Part shown: in pieces, positions 48,390 through 62,400 of the stretch
Layout of the letters: each line of letters starts with the position of its first letter
Numbering within the stretch: position 1 is the first letter of the stretch
Virus record (IMG/VR): IMGVR_UViG_3300042273_000539
Reading direction: 5' to 3' (one strand)
DNA length: 64,000 nucleotides
From: an uncultured virus (IMG/VR IMGVR_UViG_3300042273_000539)
Taxonomy: Duplodnaviria > Heunggongvirae > Uroviricota > Caudoviricetes
Program-made: the position numbers and the translations under genes
The notes under the pieces: model-generated
Database searches by the model: none
What the model was told of the DNA's origin: nothing
What the model saw: only the letters and a program-made list of their open reading frames with translations

Positions 48390-51300
48390 TTCTTAAGTCC
48401 TTTAAAATCAATATAAAATTCTATTTACCCATTCAGGGTAGTTTTCATTTCCGCATATATCCCAAACAAGCATAACGATTAGTGCATTAAAATATATTGT
48501 TATTATAAAGCATAAAAAGCAAAAAAGTAGTGCAAGCAGAACGGTAAAAAAAATAAAAAATAAATCAATAAATAACATCATTTTATTACCCTATTTACCC
48601 ATTTAGGGCAATTTTTACCCCTAATATCTTGAATAAAAGCAATAAAATATGACAACATATGAGAAAAACCATAGAACAAAATAAAAAATAAACCAAACCC
48701 CCCTGTAATAGAGGCTAAAATTACCAATGGTTTCCATATAGCTTTTACAAGATATTCAAACATTTTATTACTTCCTATTCAAAAGGGTGTCCACCCTCGC
48801 TTTCTATATCAAGCTCATGATTTATACATTCTTCACTCAATTCTTGCTCTGTAATGGTTATAACATTTTTGCCATCAGATAGCCCTATATAACCATTTCT
48901 TTGCCAAATTATTTTCCACTTTTTATCAAAACAACATACTTCTTTACCTAACATTTTTCTTTTCCTCATATTTCTTGACAAATTCTGGAAATTTATCCTT
49001 AATAAGAGTTCTTTCATGACCTGCCATTCTTCCATCAATAAAATCATTAGCCATTTCTTTTCCAAGAAGTTCCTCAAAGGTATAATCTTTTGTTTCTAAA
49101 CCTATATCAGTGACAAAATCATACAATTTCATAGCCATTTCTTCATCATAAAACATGACAATACCAGAACCTCTGCTAAAAATATAATTTTCCATACCAA
49201 AGTCAAATTTATCTCTTGATATAAAAATAACTTCAACCATCTTTCCAGAAGTAATATTTGCTTCGGTATATCCTGCGTTATATGCCTTTTCAAAAGCACG
49301 TTCCAAATCTGACCTTGAAAAAGTCACATAATCATTATCGGGAAAAAAATCTTTTGCTTTCATCGTTCATCCTCATTGATATTTTATTATATCATTTTTT
49401 TAGTTTCTTGTCAAGCCCCAGTTAATATGTTTATATCTACAAACTATCTTCTATCCTCTCGTTTATAAAATATGCTAATTCTTCGGCACTTGATTTACCC
49501 ATAATAAAGACTATGGCATCAGCAATGCCGTCTAGCGAAGACATATCATCATTAGATGAATCCAATACGGCTTTAAGAACTTGAAAAGCTATCTCCGTTA
49601 AATTTCCATTAAAACAAGATTCTGGATGCGACCTATTTGCCATGTTATTTTTCCTTTATGCTATTGTAGCATTTTTTTAGTTTCTTGTCAAGCCCCTATA
49701 TCATTTACGCTCAAGACCATACTGTATGATATATTCAACTCTTTTCCTATTTCATAAATTTTTATTTCCTTTATGAACCGTGAAATAAGGTTATAGTTTT
49801 CTCCGTTTTCTACCATATCCCCTACCATATTTCGTATATTTAAAAGTAAAGCATCTTTAGTATAATAAACTTGTACCAATTCTTCGGTTTCGCTACACTC
49901 TCTCATTACATAGTAATGAAATTCTTCTGGAAACTCTACTGCATATTTCATTTTCATCTTTTCTTTCATTTGTATTTATTTTCTTCAATCATAACATCAA
50001 GAATTTCATCAACCATGAGAAAAATATCACTACTGATATTTTCTTCTTCAAAGAAGTTATGATTTTCTAAAGACATTTCAAGCAATTTTGAATAAACGCT
50101 AATCCATTCAGTTTCTTCGTAATTTATTTTATCAAAATAGCCATAAATGCAATAAATAAGGTTTTTATATTCTGGACTACCCTCTACAATGATACCTTCT
50201 TCGTTTAAAATTACTTCATCTATAAACTCCCTTGAATCCTCTCTAATGTTATCAATCCGTTCTTTTATTTCACCGATTATAAATGTATTATACAGATTAA
50301 GTATTCTATTTTCCCTTGAACTATCTTCAATGTAATAAACCTGTTCCCAGCTGTATGTGCTAAATAGTGTATTATCACCATTAGAAACAAATAAATTTTT
50401 ATCATTAAATGAAATAATAGTCCCTAGAAGTTTATGCCCGAAACCATAGACTACATATTTATCACATTCATTTAAAATACTCTTTAATCTTGACTGAATG
50501 TTTTCTACTTTACCGCTAAATGTTTCTCTAATGGCATTATAAGAGTTGTTAAAACTTTTATCTCCACCCCAAAAACCTCTACCGCCATTCATGCCATCAG
50601 CATATTCCAAATCGGCAACTTCCCTATTAAAAAATACTTCAGCATCAAGCATTTCTTCTTTTAAAGATTTAAGAGTATCCATCGTTTCATCCTTTCATGC
50701 CATCATTGTAGCATTTTTTTAGTTTTTTGTCAATCCTCTATGTTTAAAAGTTTAACAGAAAAAATCATATTAAGTTTTTCGCCTATTTCATAAATTTCAA
50801 TTTCTTTGGCAATTTCTATGACATTTTCCTCATTTTCCTCAACCATAGCATCTATTACATTTTGAATCCTACCGACTGCTTCTTCTTTTGAGATATAAAC
50901 TTGAGTAGCTTCACCATCTACAAAATAACTCATATCATCGGGATATTTTACTAAATACATTCCTCTCATTTTTTCAACTCCCCATCCCATGATAGCCTTC
51001 ATCTACAACTTTACAATCAACACTACAGTTTATGTTGCAGTATTTACCATTTTCCATAAACACTAAATGGGTAAAATCACCCCACTCATCAGACGATTTA
51101 TAAATAACTGGAATTACATTCCATTTCTTGATAAACTTTTCATAACTAATTTTAAAAGCCTTTTCTCTTTCCGAAATTCCATTCATGTTTCTATCCTTTA
51201 ACGCCAGTAATAACTAACATTTATAGTCTTTGTTTTTTCAAGTTTAATAGGTTTCTTCCCTATAAAGAAACAAGTAGCATCACCATTATTTACTTCACAC

Positions 51301-51565
51301 ATATAATCCTTTTTTGTATCAAAAATAATAAAAGGCAAATCAGTATCGTAAGTACTGATATAATCATCATCAAAGGCATAACTTTCACCTTCTTCTAGGC
51401 AAAATTGTTCTTCTTCTGGAAGCGTTTCATTATATCTAATAAGATTTTCAACAGCATTAGTGAATCTTTGATTTTCTTCGTTAATATCAAGCATTACTTT
51501 TACTTTCATGTTTCATCCTTTCATGCTATCATTGTAGCATTTTTTTAGTTTCTTGTCAAGAGGGT

Positions 51566-52042
51566 TTAACAAAACCCCTTGTTAAGAATAGGCAAGCAAC
51601 CAAACTTGCTAAAATATGTTTTAATAAAGGCGTCCTCTAATGATGCGGAACTCATGGGCATTACCATTGAACCGAAAGAGATTTCACCTTCTGGATAAAC
51701 AACATACAATTTTACTTTGCTATTACAATTCTTAAGATATTTCATAACAAAACCTTCAGTGCCTTCACTATTCCTGCCTTTGTTATAATCTTCCAATCGC
51801 TTAATAACAGTTCTATCAGTTTGCCCTATTTTTAGCACAAGATCTTTTACAACAAAGAAATATACCGCACCTTCTTTATAGTAAAAATCTAACATATCAC
51901 TTTTATCTCTAAAACATTCAGTCCTGCTCCAATCTAAAGTGCCGGATTTCTTTTTAACCAAATCCACTACCATGTATTCAAATCCGCTATTTTCCAAAAC
52001 TTCCGTAATAAGCCCCACTTTACAATCTCTTTCACGTTCCAT
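51566..52042 (-). CDS. GIY-YIG-like nuclease
   Basis: AVYFF...LKIGQT...RL..Y, LED, PILN. Confidence 0.55.
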   Translation of the reverse strand: MERERDCKVGLITEVLENSGFEYMVVDLVKKKSGTLDWSRTECFRDKSDMLDFYYKEGAVYFFVVKDLVLKIGQTDRTVIKRLEDYNKGRNSEGTEGFVMKYLKNCNSKVKLYVVYPEGEISFGSMVMPMSSASLEDAFIKTYFSKFGCLPILNKGFC

Positions 52043-53812
52043 TACGTTTCTCCTTTACGTTTCGTTTGATACCTTATGGTATCATTTTTTTAGTTTTTTG
52101 TCAAGCCCTATCATGTTTCATCTTTAAAGCCCTTTACGAGTTAAGTAAACGGCTTTAAACATAAAGCATAAAAAAAAACAAGAGAAATAACATCAGCCAT
52201 ACTAACAAATAAAACTTTAACTCCCATAGGGATATAGTTTTATCTCTATTCTGACATCTAGTTATTTCTCTTTTTCCTAATCAAACGTATTCAAATAATC
52301 CTACGTTTTGTAAGGTCTAGGTTATTATCCAAAAAATATTGTTATATTATATTAAATACCTTCTAGGGAGCGTCCCTTATTCGCATTGCGATTTACCTCC
52401 ATAACCTAACGTTAACTTATTATACTATTTTTTTAGTTTCTTGTCAAGCCCCAAATAAAGTTAGTTGGCTACACTGTGCGTATGCTCTAAAGACACATCA
52501 AGGACTACACCATACACCGAACTAATATAGCTAAATTTGTCTTACATTTTAGCTACATTTTCTATTATCCAGAACTTGCAAAAATCTAAAAGATTTAGAT
52601 ATAACGTTATCTAGAAACGACATATTTCACGCTTAAATATGTAAACTGCCTGCCTTGGACTTCTAATGTTTTTCAGTATTAAGGGTATAGCAAACTTATT
52701 TTCCCAGGCTAACACTATATCCCACAAAGTATTACGACACTTTGAATACGGAAAATCTGACGCTCATTCTGCGATATATCAATAGCGATATATAACTACC
52801 TATCCATTAACCTTGATAAGTTGAGGTGAGAAAAGTTTAAGTGAATCTCCCACTAGCCACAGTTTATTTTATTTCTGTCTACAAAAACCATAACTAAAAA
52901 ACATGCGACACCTTGCCTAGGATACGTTTGTTCAGTAAAACGGGCAAAAACCTACTCATTTGTTTTTTCTAGTAGGTAACAAGCAAAACCTATCCTGTCT
53001 TGTTTATTAAGGGAAAAAAGCAAAAACCTTTATAACAGCTTCACAGTGGTATCTACTATAGTAGACTTTTTTTCCGTTATTTTACAGAAAACGGTTTTAC
53101 ATCCTAGAAAACCACCGCACCTAATCACCTACTACACACCAGACAATGGAAGAACACAGGTAGGATAATGTTTCCATCCCCAGAATGGGAGTGGTGTGCA
53201 ACCTTGCTTTAACAAGGATATTATATTTTTAGTTTCTTGTCAAGAGGGGCAAAAGCCCCTCCGACATCCGACTCTACGCCAAGTCCACGAACCGGAACTT
53301 ATCCGCATACCTTTCGTGAGTTTCCCCATCAAAAGACTCGGAATACAACCGAAGGTTCTTTGCCTTTTCGGTTGGAACGGTCTTGACGGTAGCGTTAACC
53401 ACCTTATTCTTGTAAGAAACAAGAATTTCCGAACCCAACTTCAAAGAACCGGAAGCGATAAGCCCATTCACTCTAGCCACAGTAGCCTCTTGAGTTGCAG
53501 TAGCTTCAGCCTTGGCATCAGCTCTTGCACCTTTCTTCAAATCAGTCAGCAAAGTGCCAACTTCCAACAGCTCGTCATAAGACAGACCAGACAATACATT
53601 CTTAACATCTTCTCTCATTTTACGTTCTCCTTTACGTTTCGTTTGATACCCTATTGTATCATTTTTTTAGTTTTTTGTCAAGTAGGCAACGCTACTTGTT
53701 TTTTCATTCAGCGTTTCCGCTTTTCGTTAACTTATCATAGCATTTTTTTAGTTTTTTGTCAAGTAGGCAACGCTACTATCTAAAAACTAAACCTATTCCA
53801 TAAATCTGATTT

Positions 53813-53864
53813 AGCCTCATCAGTACCAGCATCACTGGTAGACCGCCCGAAAGCGGTTTCGGCT
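53813..53864 (-). ncRNA. Type II hammerhead ribozyme
   Basis: AGCC-GAAAC-CGC..GCG-GTC-TACCAG..CTGGTA-CTGATGA-GGCT. Confidence 0.9.
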
Positions 53865-56028
53865 TATATCCTATTATAGCATTTTTTTAGTTTCTTGTCA
53901 AGCCCCTATCCAATAATCAGCTTGATAAGAGCAGAAAATCCCCAAGTCATAAGAAACGCAATACAAGAAGCAATCATATCCTCTGCTGGAGTTTCGCTTG
54001 TATTTTTTTTTGAATATAACAAACCTAACACAAAAGAAATGCCAATCCAATGTGCCATTGTTATATCTACTTTGAAAACTTCATTCAAGGCAAACATAAC
54101 ATATATTTTAGTTATTACAAATGCTTTTAACAAAACATTAGGAATAAAAAGAACCAGCACCATCAAATTACTTTTCCATCTTTCCATTTTACATCCTCAT
54201 TATATCATTTTTTTAGTTTTTTGTCAAGCCCCCACCATACCTTCTGGTATTGATTTTATCCAAATATCATTCCATTTTCTTTTAGCATCTTCTAAAGTTT
54301 TCCCTTGTTTACAGACCTTATGCCAAGAATTACAACAGTATATTTCATAACCTTCATATGTATCATATTCATTTATAGGACAACATCTTTCCTTTTTAGG
54401 TATCTCAACTCTGTATGTTCTCTTTCCTATATAGGGATACTTACCGCATACTCCACAAGATTCCACACCGTCTTTTTCTTTCAATCTCATATCTTTTCCT
54501 CCGGTGCTGGTGGGATGGGGAACCAGCCAAGAATTGTGAAATTTCCATTTTACATCCTCATTATATCATTTTTTTAGTTTTTTGTCAATAGACCTCAAAA
54601 ACCATATTCTAACTTATATTTAGGACTATTCCTAACTGTTTCACTGGCAAATTCTCTTGCTTTTTCAAAATCATCTTCCACTAAATGAGCAGGTATTTCA
54701 ACTATAGCGTAAATTTTTGGTTCTACATTCCACTGTTTTCTGTATAAATTCCCTGCTTTTCTTGTTTCTGTTTTGTTCTTACACTTGAAGAAACAAAAAC
54801 TTGAAGGTGAAATATAACCAGTATCAAAACAAAGACCATAAATTTTATCCATTTTTTACCTCTTTTCTTTTGTGATACCTCATTATATCATTTTTTTAGT
54901 TTCTTGTCAAGTAGGTCTATCAAATGGATATTATCTATTCTCCTAAAACCACTATAACCCCCATTTAGAACGCTTAAATAACCCTGCCATATCTCTTTTA
55001 TGTTTATTACACCCCCTATTATGATTGCAATTGGTAAAGCAATAGTAGCAAAAAGTTTACCTAATATATTAACTTTCGTATAATACGCAAATCTTTTTTC
55101 TTCCGTTTCTTTTAGAAAATATCTTCCATTCTTAAAAATCTTTATTCTAGTAGGCAAAAGTTTGTTATGGTCTTTTCTTGACAACTTTACAATAGCATAA
55201 CCATTTTTTAACCAATATTCATCAGCAGATATTTTTTTAGTATCCATTGTTTCATCCTTTCATACCATCATCATAGCATTTTTTTAGTTTCTTGTCAAGT
55301 AGGCAGAAAATTCAGCTTCAAATTCTCTCATTCTATTGTTCTTGTGCGTATTAAGAAGTGGTAAAAGCCTTTCCTTTTCTTTGCTAAAGATATTCCATAC
55401 AATCCTTAAAACATTAGCCATATTTTCATAATCCTCAAAACAGACATCTTTATAATAAAGATAATAACTATCCTTCACGTTTATTCTCAACAGAAGATTG
55501 CCTATCTCTATCTTAGCCCACGATTTAAAGACAGTATTAGCTTCAAATACGGAAGTTTTTACCCCTTCTTTTCTACACGCTATACATATATCTATCACTT
55601 CGTGCGCTAGTTTGTTTAGTTCTTTATCAAAAAATCTTTTTTCTTTTCTTGTCATAACGCCTCTTTATTATAGCATTTTTTTAGTTTCTTGTCAAGCCCC
55701 TATCCAAGATGTTTAAAACATAAAATGACCCATATTGCCATAAGAATAGCAAATACACCTACTAACCACAACAACCATATACCTAACTGTACCATTTTTT
55801 TAGTTCCTTGTCAAGATGCTACAATGCCCATTTTTTCCAGAAAATTTTCCGTGTCCTCGTTTATTTGGTCTATTGCATTATAGATTGCTTCAAACTTACC
55901 CGCAACATCAAACGGTCGTATCACTTCTATTACTTTCATAAACGATTCCCACTTTGCAGAATTGATTGCCTCTTGATTCATACAGCCCCCTTGTCATGCC
56001 ATCATTGTAGCATTTTTTTAGTTTCTTG

Positions 56029-56406
56029 TCAAGCCCCTATTACTTTAAAAGGTTTGTCCCATTTCCCGATATGAATATCTACATACCACCCCACGTCAAA
56101 ATAATCTACCATAACATTAGAGTTGTCATGATTGCCAACCATCATAGCATTTCGGCAAGCCTGTAATAGTTCAGCGTTTCTACCCGTAAAATGACTATCA
56201 ATATGATATACATTCACGTCGTGCCTATCCCTATTTGGCATATCTTCAAGAAGATTCAAAGAACATTCCTGTATTGTCATAACAATGCTACTTCTATTGC
56301 GAACGCTATATGTTGCCTTAATCTTCACATCTGGAAATTGTTCCGCAAGCACTTTTTTGACATTTTCCACTAATACCTTTTTTCGTTCTTGGTTCATGTA
56401 AGCCAT
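56029..56406 (-). CDS. Early-type phage protein (possibly LPD29-like)
   Basis: HDNSNVMVDYFDVGWY motif, recalled from large polyvalent protein domains. Confidence 0.45.
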   Translation of the reverse strand: MAYMNQERKKVLVENVKKVLAEQFPDVKIKATYSVRNRSSIVMTIQECSLNLLEDMPNRDRHDVNVYHIDSHFTGRNAELLQACRNAMMVGNHDNSNVMVDYFDVGWYVDIHIGKWDKPFKVIGA

Positions 56407-56774
56407 ACAGCCCCCTTGTCATGCCATCATTATAGCATTTTTTTAGTTTCTTGTCAAGCCCCTATCTGCCGAACTCGGCAAGGGCAATACTTTCCGCTAG
56501 TTCATACGGATACCCTAAACTAATATACAAGTCTATTATTTCTTCAAATGTCATACTAGCACCTTACCATTTTTTTAGTTTCTTGTCAAGCCCCTAAAAT
56601 TCGTCATCATCAAAGAAATAGTCGTCAAAATCGTCAAAATCGTCAAACTCAACAGACACAATACTTTCCCATACTTCCATTCAAGAACCTCGCTTCATGC
56701 CATCATTGTAGCATTTTTTTAGTTTCTTGTCAAGTAGGTAATGTTTCCACCATTTGGATACACCACCCCTACTT

Positions 56775-56827
56775 AGCCATCGTCAGTACCAGTATCACTG
56801 GCAGACCGCCCGAAAGCGGTTTCGGCT
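56775..56827 (-). ncRNA. Type II hammerhead ribozyme, second copy
   Basis: Same layout, with CTGACGA core variant and one extra nt before stem II. Confidence 0.8.
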
Positions 56828-59492
56828 TATGTAGGATACCATTTTTTTAGTTTCTTGTCAAGAGGGACAAAGGGCGGATAAAGTCTTGTGATACAACACG
56901 CACAGAACGCCCGTTTTCTATACTGATTACAGCTTTCCCCTTGTCGTGTCGGTATTCCTCTACCTTGCAAGGAATAAGCACACCTTTCCCGCCTTTGGTA
57001 TGATAGCACGCAATACTTCCCACAGGACACAATTCTTCCGCATTTGTCACAGGGACACCATACGCCTTTACTCTATAATCAGGTTTTACCCTAGCATAAC
57101 TCTTTTTTCCAGTAGGACATACGTGTACCCCTAGTGGCTCATTACGATATTCTCCAGCCTTAACTTGTTCCAGTAAACCATAGTCAGTCATACAGCCCCC
57201 TTGTCATGCCATCATTATAGCATTTTTTTAGTTTCTTGTCAAGCCCCTAATCGGCAGAACCGACTAACGATTGACTCGCTCAAAATACCATTTTTTTAGT
57301 TTCTTGTCAAGCCCCTCTTGCCTTGCTTGGCAAGCGGAAACGACACGCTTAAAATACTATTTTTTTAGTTTCTTGTCAAGCCCCTTGCAAGTGTTTTCCT
57401 TGCAAGGCGTTGACCGCTTCATACCATTATTTTATCATTTTTTTAGTTTCTTGTCAAGCCCCTCGCACGTATTTTCTTATAAGGAAAACAGGCGGGCGTG
57501 CGTGCGGGCGCACGCCCACGCGATATATCATTATAGCATTTTTTTAGTTTCTTGTCAAGCGGGTAAAAAATTTTCGTAAATCCTTATAATATATAGAGTT
57601 ATTTATAATGTTTATTAGGGTATATACAAAAGTTAGAGGGGATTTAAATAGGCAAAACCCCTATATAATAGGGGTTTTGAGGCACTTTTTTTGTGGTGGT
57701 AGTGCGACACCGATATAGGTATTTTTTAGAAATTTTTTGCTTTTTTTATAAATTTTAGAAAAAATTTTTAGAAAATTTCAAAATTTTCCCAAAGAACTTT
57801 TTTCCCAGCTTTGTCTTTTTCGTAATCAAACAATCTTTGTATTCCAGTTTCAACATGGTAAAAAATTACATCACTGCCAGAACGAACTACACATTTTCCT
57901 TCATTATTTACTGATATTAAAACTATATGGGTTTTACTAACGAAGTTAGAATGACCCCAAGAACCTTTACCACTTTGGCTTATTTTGTATAATCTTTTTA
58001 CCAACTTTTCAGCGGCTGGTGATAAATATTTTTTCTGCTCTTTCTTTAGTTTGTCAATTTTTTCTTTTTTCTCTTTTCTTTCGGCTTCATCTTCGTCAAT
58101 GTCAAAATCTTTGTACTGATATTGTTTTCCGCCTACTGCCTTCATAAGTTTTGAAAACGTAGAATAAATTTTTGCCTTACTATCCAAAGAAGGTTTATTA
58201 AATTCTTCAACCTCTTCTGGTGTTTTAGATCCTGCGTAAAACGATTTGTCATTTACTTTATACACGTAAAGATTTTCGCCTTCCGTCCGGTGGGTTACTC
58301 TCGCCCCTACGAATGCGTTATCTTTTGTCAATTCCATATATACCTCCCAAGATTATATGATATGTTTTTCTTTTTTAGTAAAGTTTTCCTTTACTTGTAT
58401 TTTGTTTAATAAGTATCTTTTAGAAAAAATGTTTATAGAGCTTTCTTCTATACAATCCTTTGCGTACTGAACTGGATTTGCTTTTGCTAGCATAGCCATA
58501 GCCATCCATCCACATAACATTTCTTCTAAACATTCTTTAGGCATATTTTTACCATGCCAATATTCGTAATGGTGCTTTTCTTTTTCTTTATGTTCTTCTT
58601 CCAACAGCGACACTTTTTCAATAAGCCTCTGTGATATATTTTTACCTTTTCTTAATAGATGAATATATCTGGCAAAAAGAAAATAATGTTTAAAGAAAAA
58701 GTTATCCATTTGTCTCCAGTTACAAAAAAGTGAAAACTTCTTTGCAACACGTATTAAGTAAATTTTATATACAACTATAAATGCTAGAAACACCGCCTAT
58801 CCTTTTTTATTTTACAACAGATGCCTTATAATACGTATCAAGTTTACAATCACAATCTGTCTTTGTCATTGTAGCAGGAATTTGGTTTTTTGTCAACTCT
58901 TTTTTCTTCATGTCAACATATACATTAAATAATGCTCTAGATGCTTTTTCTTCTTCGGTGTCTATTTCTATTTTAATCTTCATAGGCTATATCTCCTGGT
59001 TTTACTGTTGTGTTAATGATTTGCCCTCCTTCTTCATAAGAAACGGAAACATATAGGACTTTTTCTTTGTTTTCTTCAAACGCTATAGGAACATATTGTA
59101 CCGTAGCATTATCTACTATCCTTGTAGTGGAGGAAGGGAAAACTCCCTTTCCTCCACATTTTGGGCAAGTCATGCGATATTCCTTTGCGACACGTATTTC
59201 TCTGTTTCCTTTACAGACAGGGCAAGTATCATCTGTTGGAACTTTTACACTAAATTTTTCTTTGAAAATAGATTTGTCTAATACTTTCTCTAAAAATTTA
59301 TCCATATTATAATTCTTCTACCATTTCCTGTATTTCTTCTTCTTTATCAAAAAATTCTTGCATTGCTTCGTCATACCATTCCCAAGCATCAACTCCTGAA
59401 TCTTCAAGTGCTTGGAGTTTTGCTTCTGCGAGAAGCAACTCCAAATACTCTTCTTTTGTTATTTCTACCATTTCTTTCATTACTTTCTCCTA

Positions 59493-62400
59493 TCAACCGC
59501 AAGTAGAATATCCACAACTGCTACAAACCGTACAGCCACCCTCAAAAACCATAGTTCCACCACATTCAGGGCATTCTGCTTTATTAGAAGAAATCATTTC
59601 TCCATCAGGTATATAATACTTCAATACCCTCGCAATGGCTTTTTGGAACGTCCCAAACTTCTTTACTTTATTCATCTGTGCGACAATAAACTCCAATGGA
59701 ACTTGATGCCTCATCAATAAAGAAAGCAATCTACACATAGAAGCATAATCATCATTAAACACCTCTGCTAAATTTTCTACTACTATCTTACTTCGCTTGC
59801 CTTCAATAAGCAAATCATATCTACTGGCTTTTTCAGCACCATCATATACCTTAACAATACTACCTTCTTTAAATCTCTTTAAATCAACTATATCATCATG
59901 ATTATCTGTATAGAAGATTTCATATGGTGCGTTATTGTAAGGTGAATCTGGATTTTTACCAACTAGGACAATAACAGGTTCTTTATTAACTGTAATATCA
60001 TAGATATCGCAAGGCAAGCTTTCTGGACGTTTCATAGCATTTTTCAATACCTCAATATTTCTCCATCCATCATCTTTCTTTGTAGAAAGAATACCATCCA
60101 TAGAAGCACCTTCATGAAAAGAAGTAACTCCCTTCAATCCCTTTTTCCAGGAATACATGAATATATCTTTATATTGCTCTAGTGTAGTTTCAAAAGGCAT
60201 GTTAATGGTTTTACTGATACTGTGGTCTATCCAGTATTGAAGTGCTGCCTGTATATCTATTCCTTCTGTAATAGATACATTATGGGATACCACTACATAA
60301 TCAGGAAGATCATTTCCTTCTTTGTATCCTGCGTACTCTATGTATTCCAGCCATCCATCATCATATACAGTTTGTGTTTTTGTGGTATCATCATCCTGTC
60401 TTATAGACCTATCATACTGCAAAGAGAAAATAGGCTCAATACCAGAAGAACAGTTATTTCCCAAAGACAAAGAAGTGGTGTTATGACTAACATATGAATT
60501 TGCAATATAAGTTCTTCCGTCTGGAACTTCCAAGTCTAAAGTGTAATTATTACTATCGCTTATAGCAACAACTTCATCAATAAACAATCCCTTTCCAAAA
60601 TAATCATTAAGATAATCTACTTTCTCTTTTAAATCTTTTTTAATATATCTCTTTGCTCTCTCTTCTCCGATAGAGCCATATTTTTTCCAATAAATCCTGT
60701 AAGATAAATTGTTTGAATAGCTACCTTCATCAAGAGATTTATCATAAACTGAAATAGATGAATTAATACCTACTGCTCTCATTATAATAGCTAATTGTTG
60801 AGCATTTTTTTCGGAATAAGTATCAATATACATTGTCCCTCTGCTGCTTGAACCATCACCATAAAAATATCCATCAATATAAGAAAGGATACTTTCTTTA
60901 GAAGATAATCTTACTGCTTTTGGAATTTCTATTCCTAATGCTTTATTTTTTATTAATCCATTAATTTCTAAAAAGTTAAGTAATCTTTGAGAAGAAATAT
61001 ACACACTGTCACAATTTTTACCATTATCAACAACTTTAGAATTCCAATTAAATAAATTCTTAATCAGTTCAACAACTTCTATTGATTCATTTGTTAAATG
61101 ATTTAAGTTAATTCTTATGCCTTTGTTGTGAGTGCTACCATCTGCATTATAAAGTCCTAAAAAGAAAGCAAATTCAGCGGTAATCTCTTCCGGTAATCTT
61201 ATATCTTTTTCATTAGGGTGTTTTGCATAATCTGGAAGTATAAGCCGTTTATTATCTTTCTTTTCATATCCTCCAATTTTATAAACTATATTATCTCCAA
61301 CAGATAGGTCTTCAAGTTTCTTCCAGTCAAACGAAGTTCCATTTAACACTTTAAACTTATGATTTGGAGTTCCTTCTAAATTTACACCACTCTTTGTAGA
61401 TATTTTTTTAGTAGGTTTAAATCCATTTATAAAAGTATTCCTTATTCCTTCGTACTTTTCATATTCGTTTAATGCTCCAAGATTTTCTTGTGGTATCCAA
61501 GTTCCATCTTCATAGTTTTTATAATTAGGAATTAATTCTTCCAATGTGTATAAACCATCGTTAGTTGATACAATACTTTCTGGAACAAGACATCCGGTTG
61601 GTGCCGTGGTTAATATACCAATGTTTCTTAACCCGACTTCTTGAATTCTTTTCTGTGTTCCTTCACTTAACCTTGTAATAAATCCAGAATGCCCAATATG
61701 ACTATCATAAGCAGGAAACGAGCCTTTTTGTAATGCTAAATCAACAGAAGCATTATACGCACTTTCTGCTAGGACATTTCCCATTTCATATACAAAATCT
61801 ACACTTTCTTTACTTCCATATCTAATCTTTAATTTCAACAAAGCATCGCCAAGTCCTGTAATTCCAAGACCAATCCTTCTCCATGCTTTTGATATTTTCT
61901 CAATTTTTTCAAGAGGATAATCAGTAGCATCCAAGACATTATCCAAGAACCTTACTCCAAGTCTTGCCATGTTTTTAAATTCTTCCCAATCAAATTCTGC
62001 ATTCTCTGTAAATTGATTTTTTACCAATTTAGAAAGATTGATAGAAGATAGACAGCAAAGAGAATAAGAAGGCATTACGATTTCCATCAGTTATTGTTAA
62101 GCTCTTTATCTTAACTCTCCGATTTTCACCGGAGTGTCGGACTATATCTTCACCCATAATATGGGGCAGGGCGCTCGTGGGAAAATTACCTACCGTTCTG
62201 GTATCGTTTCCTAGTCTCTGAACCTTGCAGAGTATTCCTACTCTACCTTGGATGCTGATTAGCATATTCTTTTTCAAGAATTTAGCTTTCCAGCAGTTCA
62301 CCCTGTTTTTTACTTGAGGCAAGATTATTTACCACAAGGATTGCATCTATCTACCTTAAAAGCGTGAGAAGCATTGTTTCCTGCTTCCACTGTATCAAGG

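Larger units (their letters stand above)
49385..57558 (-). repeat. About 26 copies of a promoter repeat TTGACA-A(G/A)AAACTAAAAAAA-Tnn-TAnnAT separating short early-type ORFs
   Basis: Plus-strand ttttttagttt(c/t)ttgtcaa counted by eye; further copies are dispersed across the window. Confidence 0.9.

Noticed and set aside
57214..57558. CRISPR array
   Set aside because: The repeat is the genome-wide -35/-10 promoter element, spacer lengths are irregular, and no cas genes are seen
62029..62322. Intron-encoded protein
   Set aside because: The 97-aa ORF runs through the conserved intron core and has no endonuclease motifs
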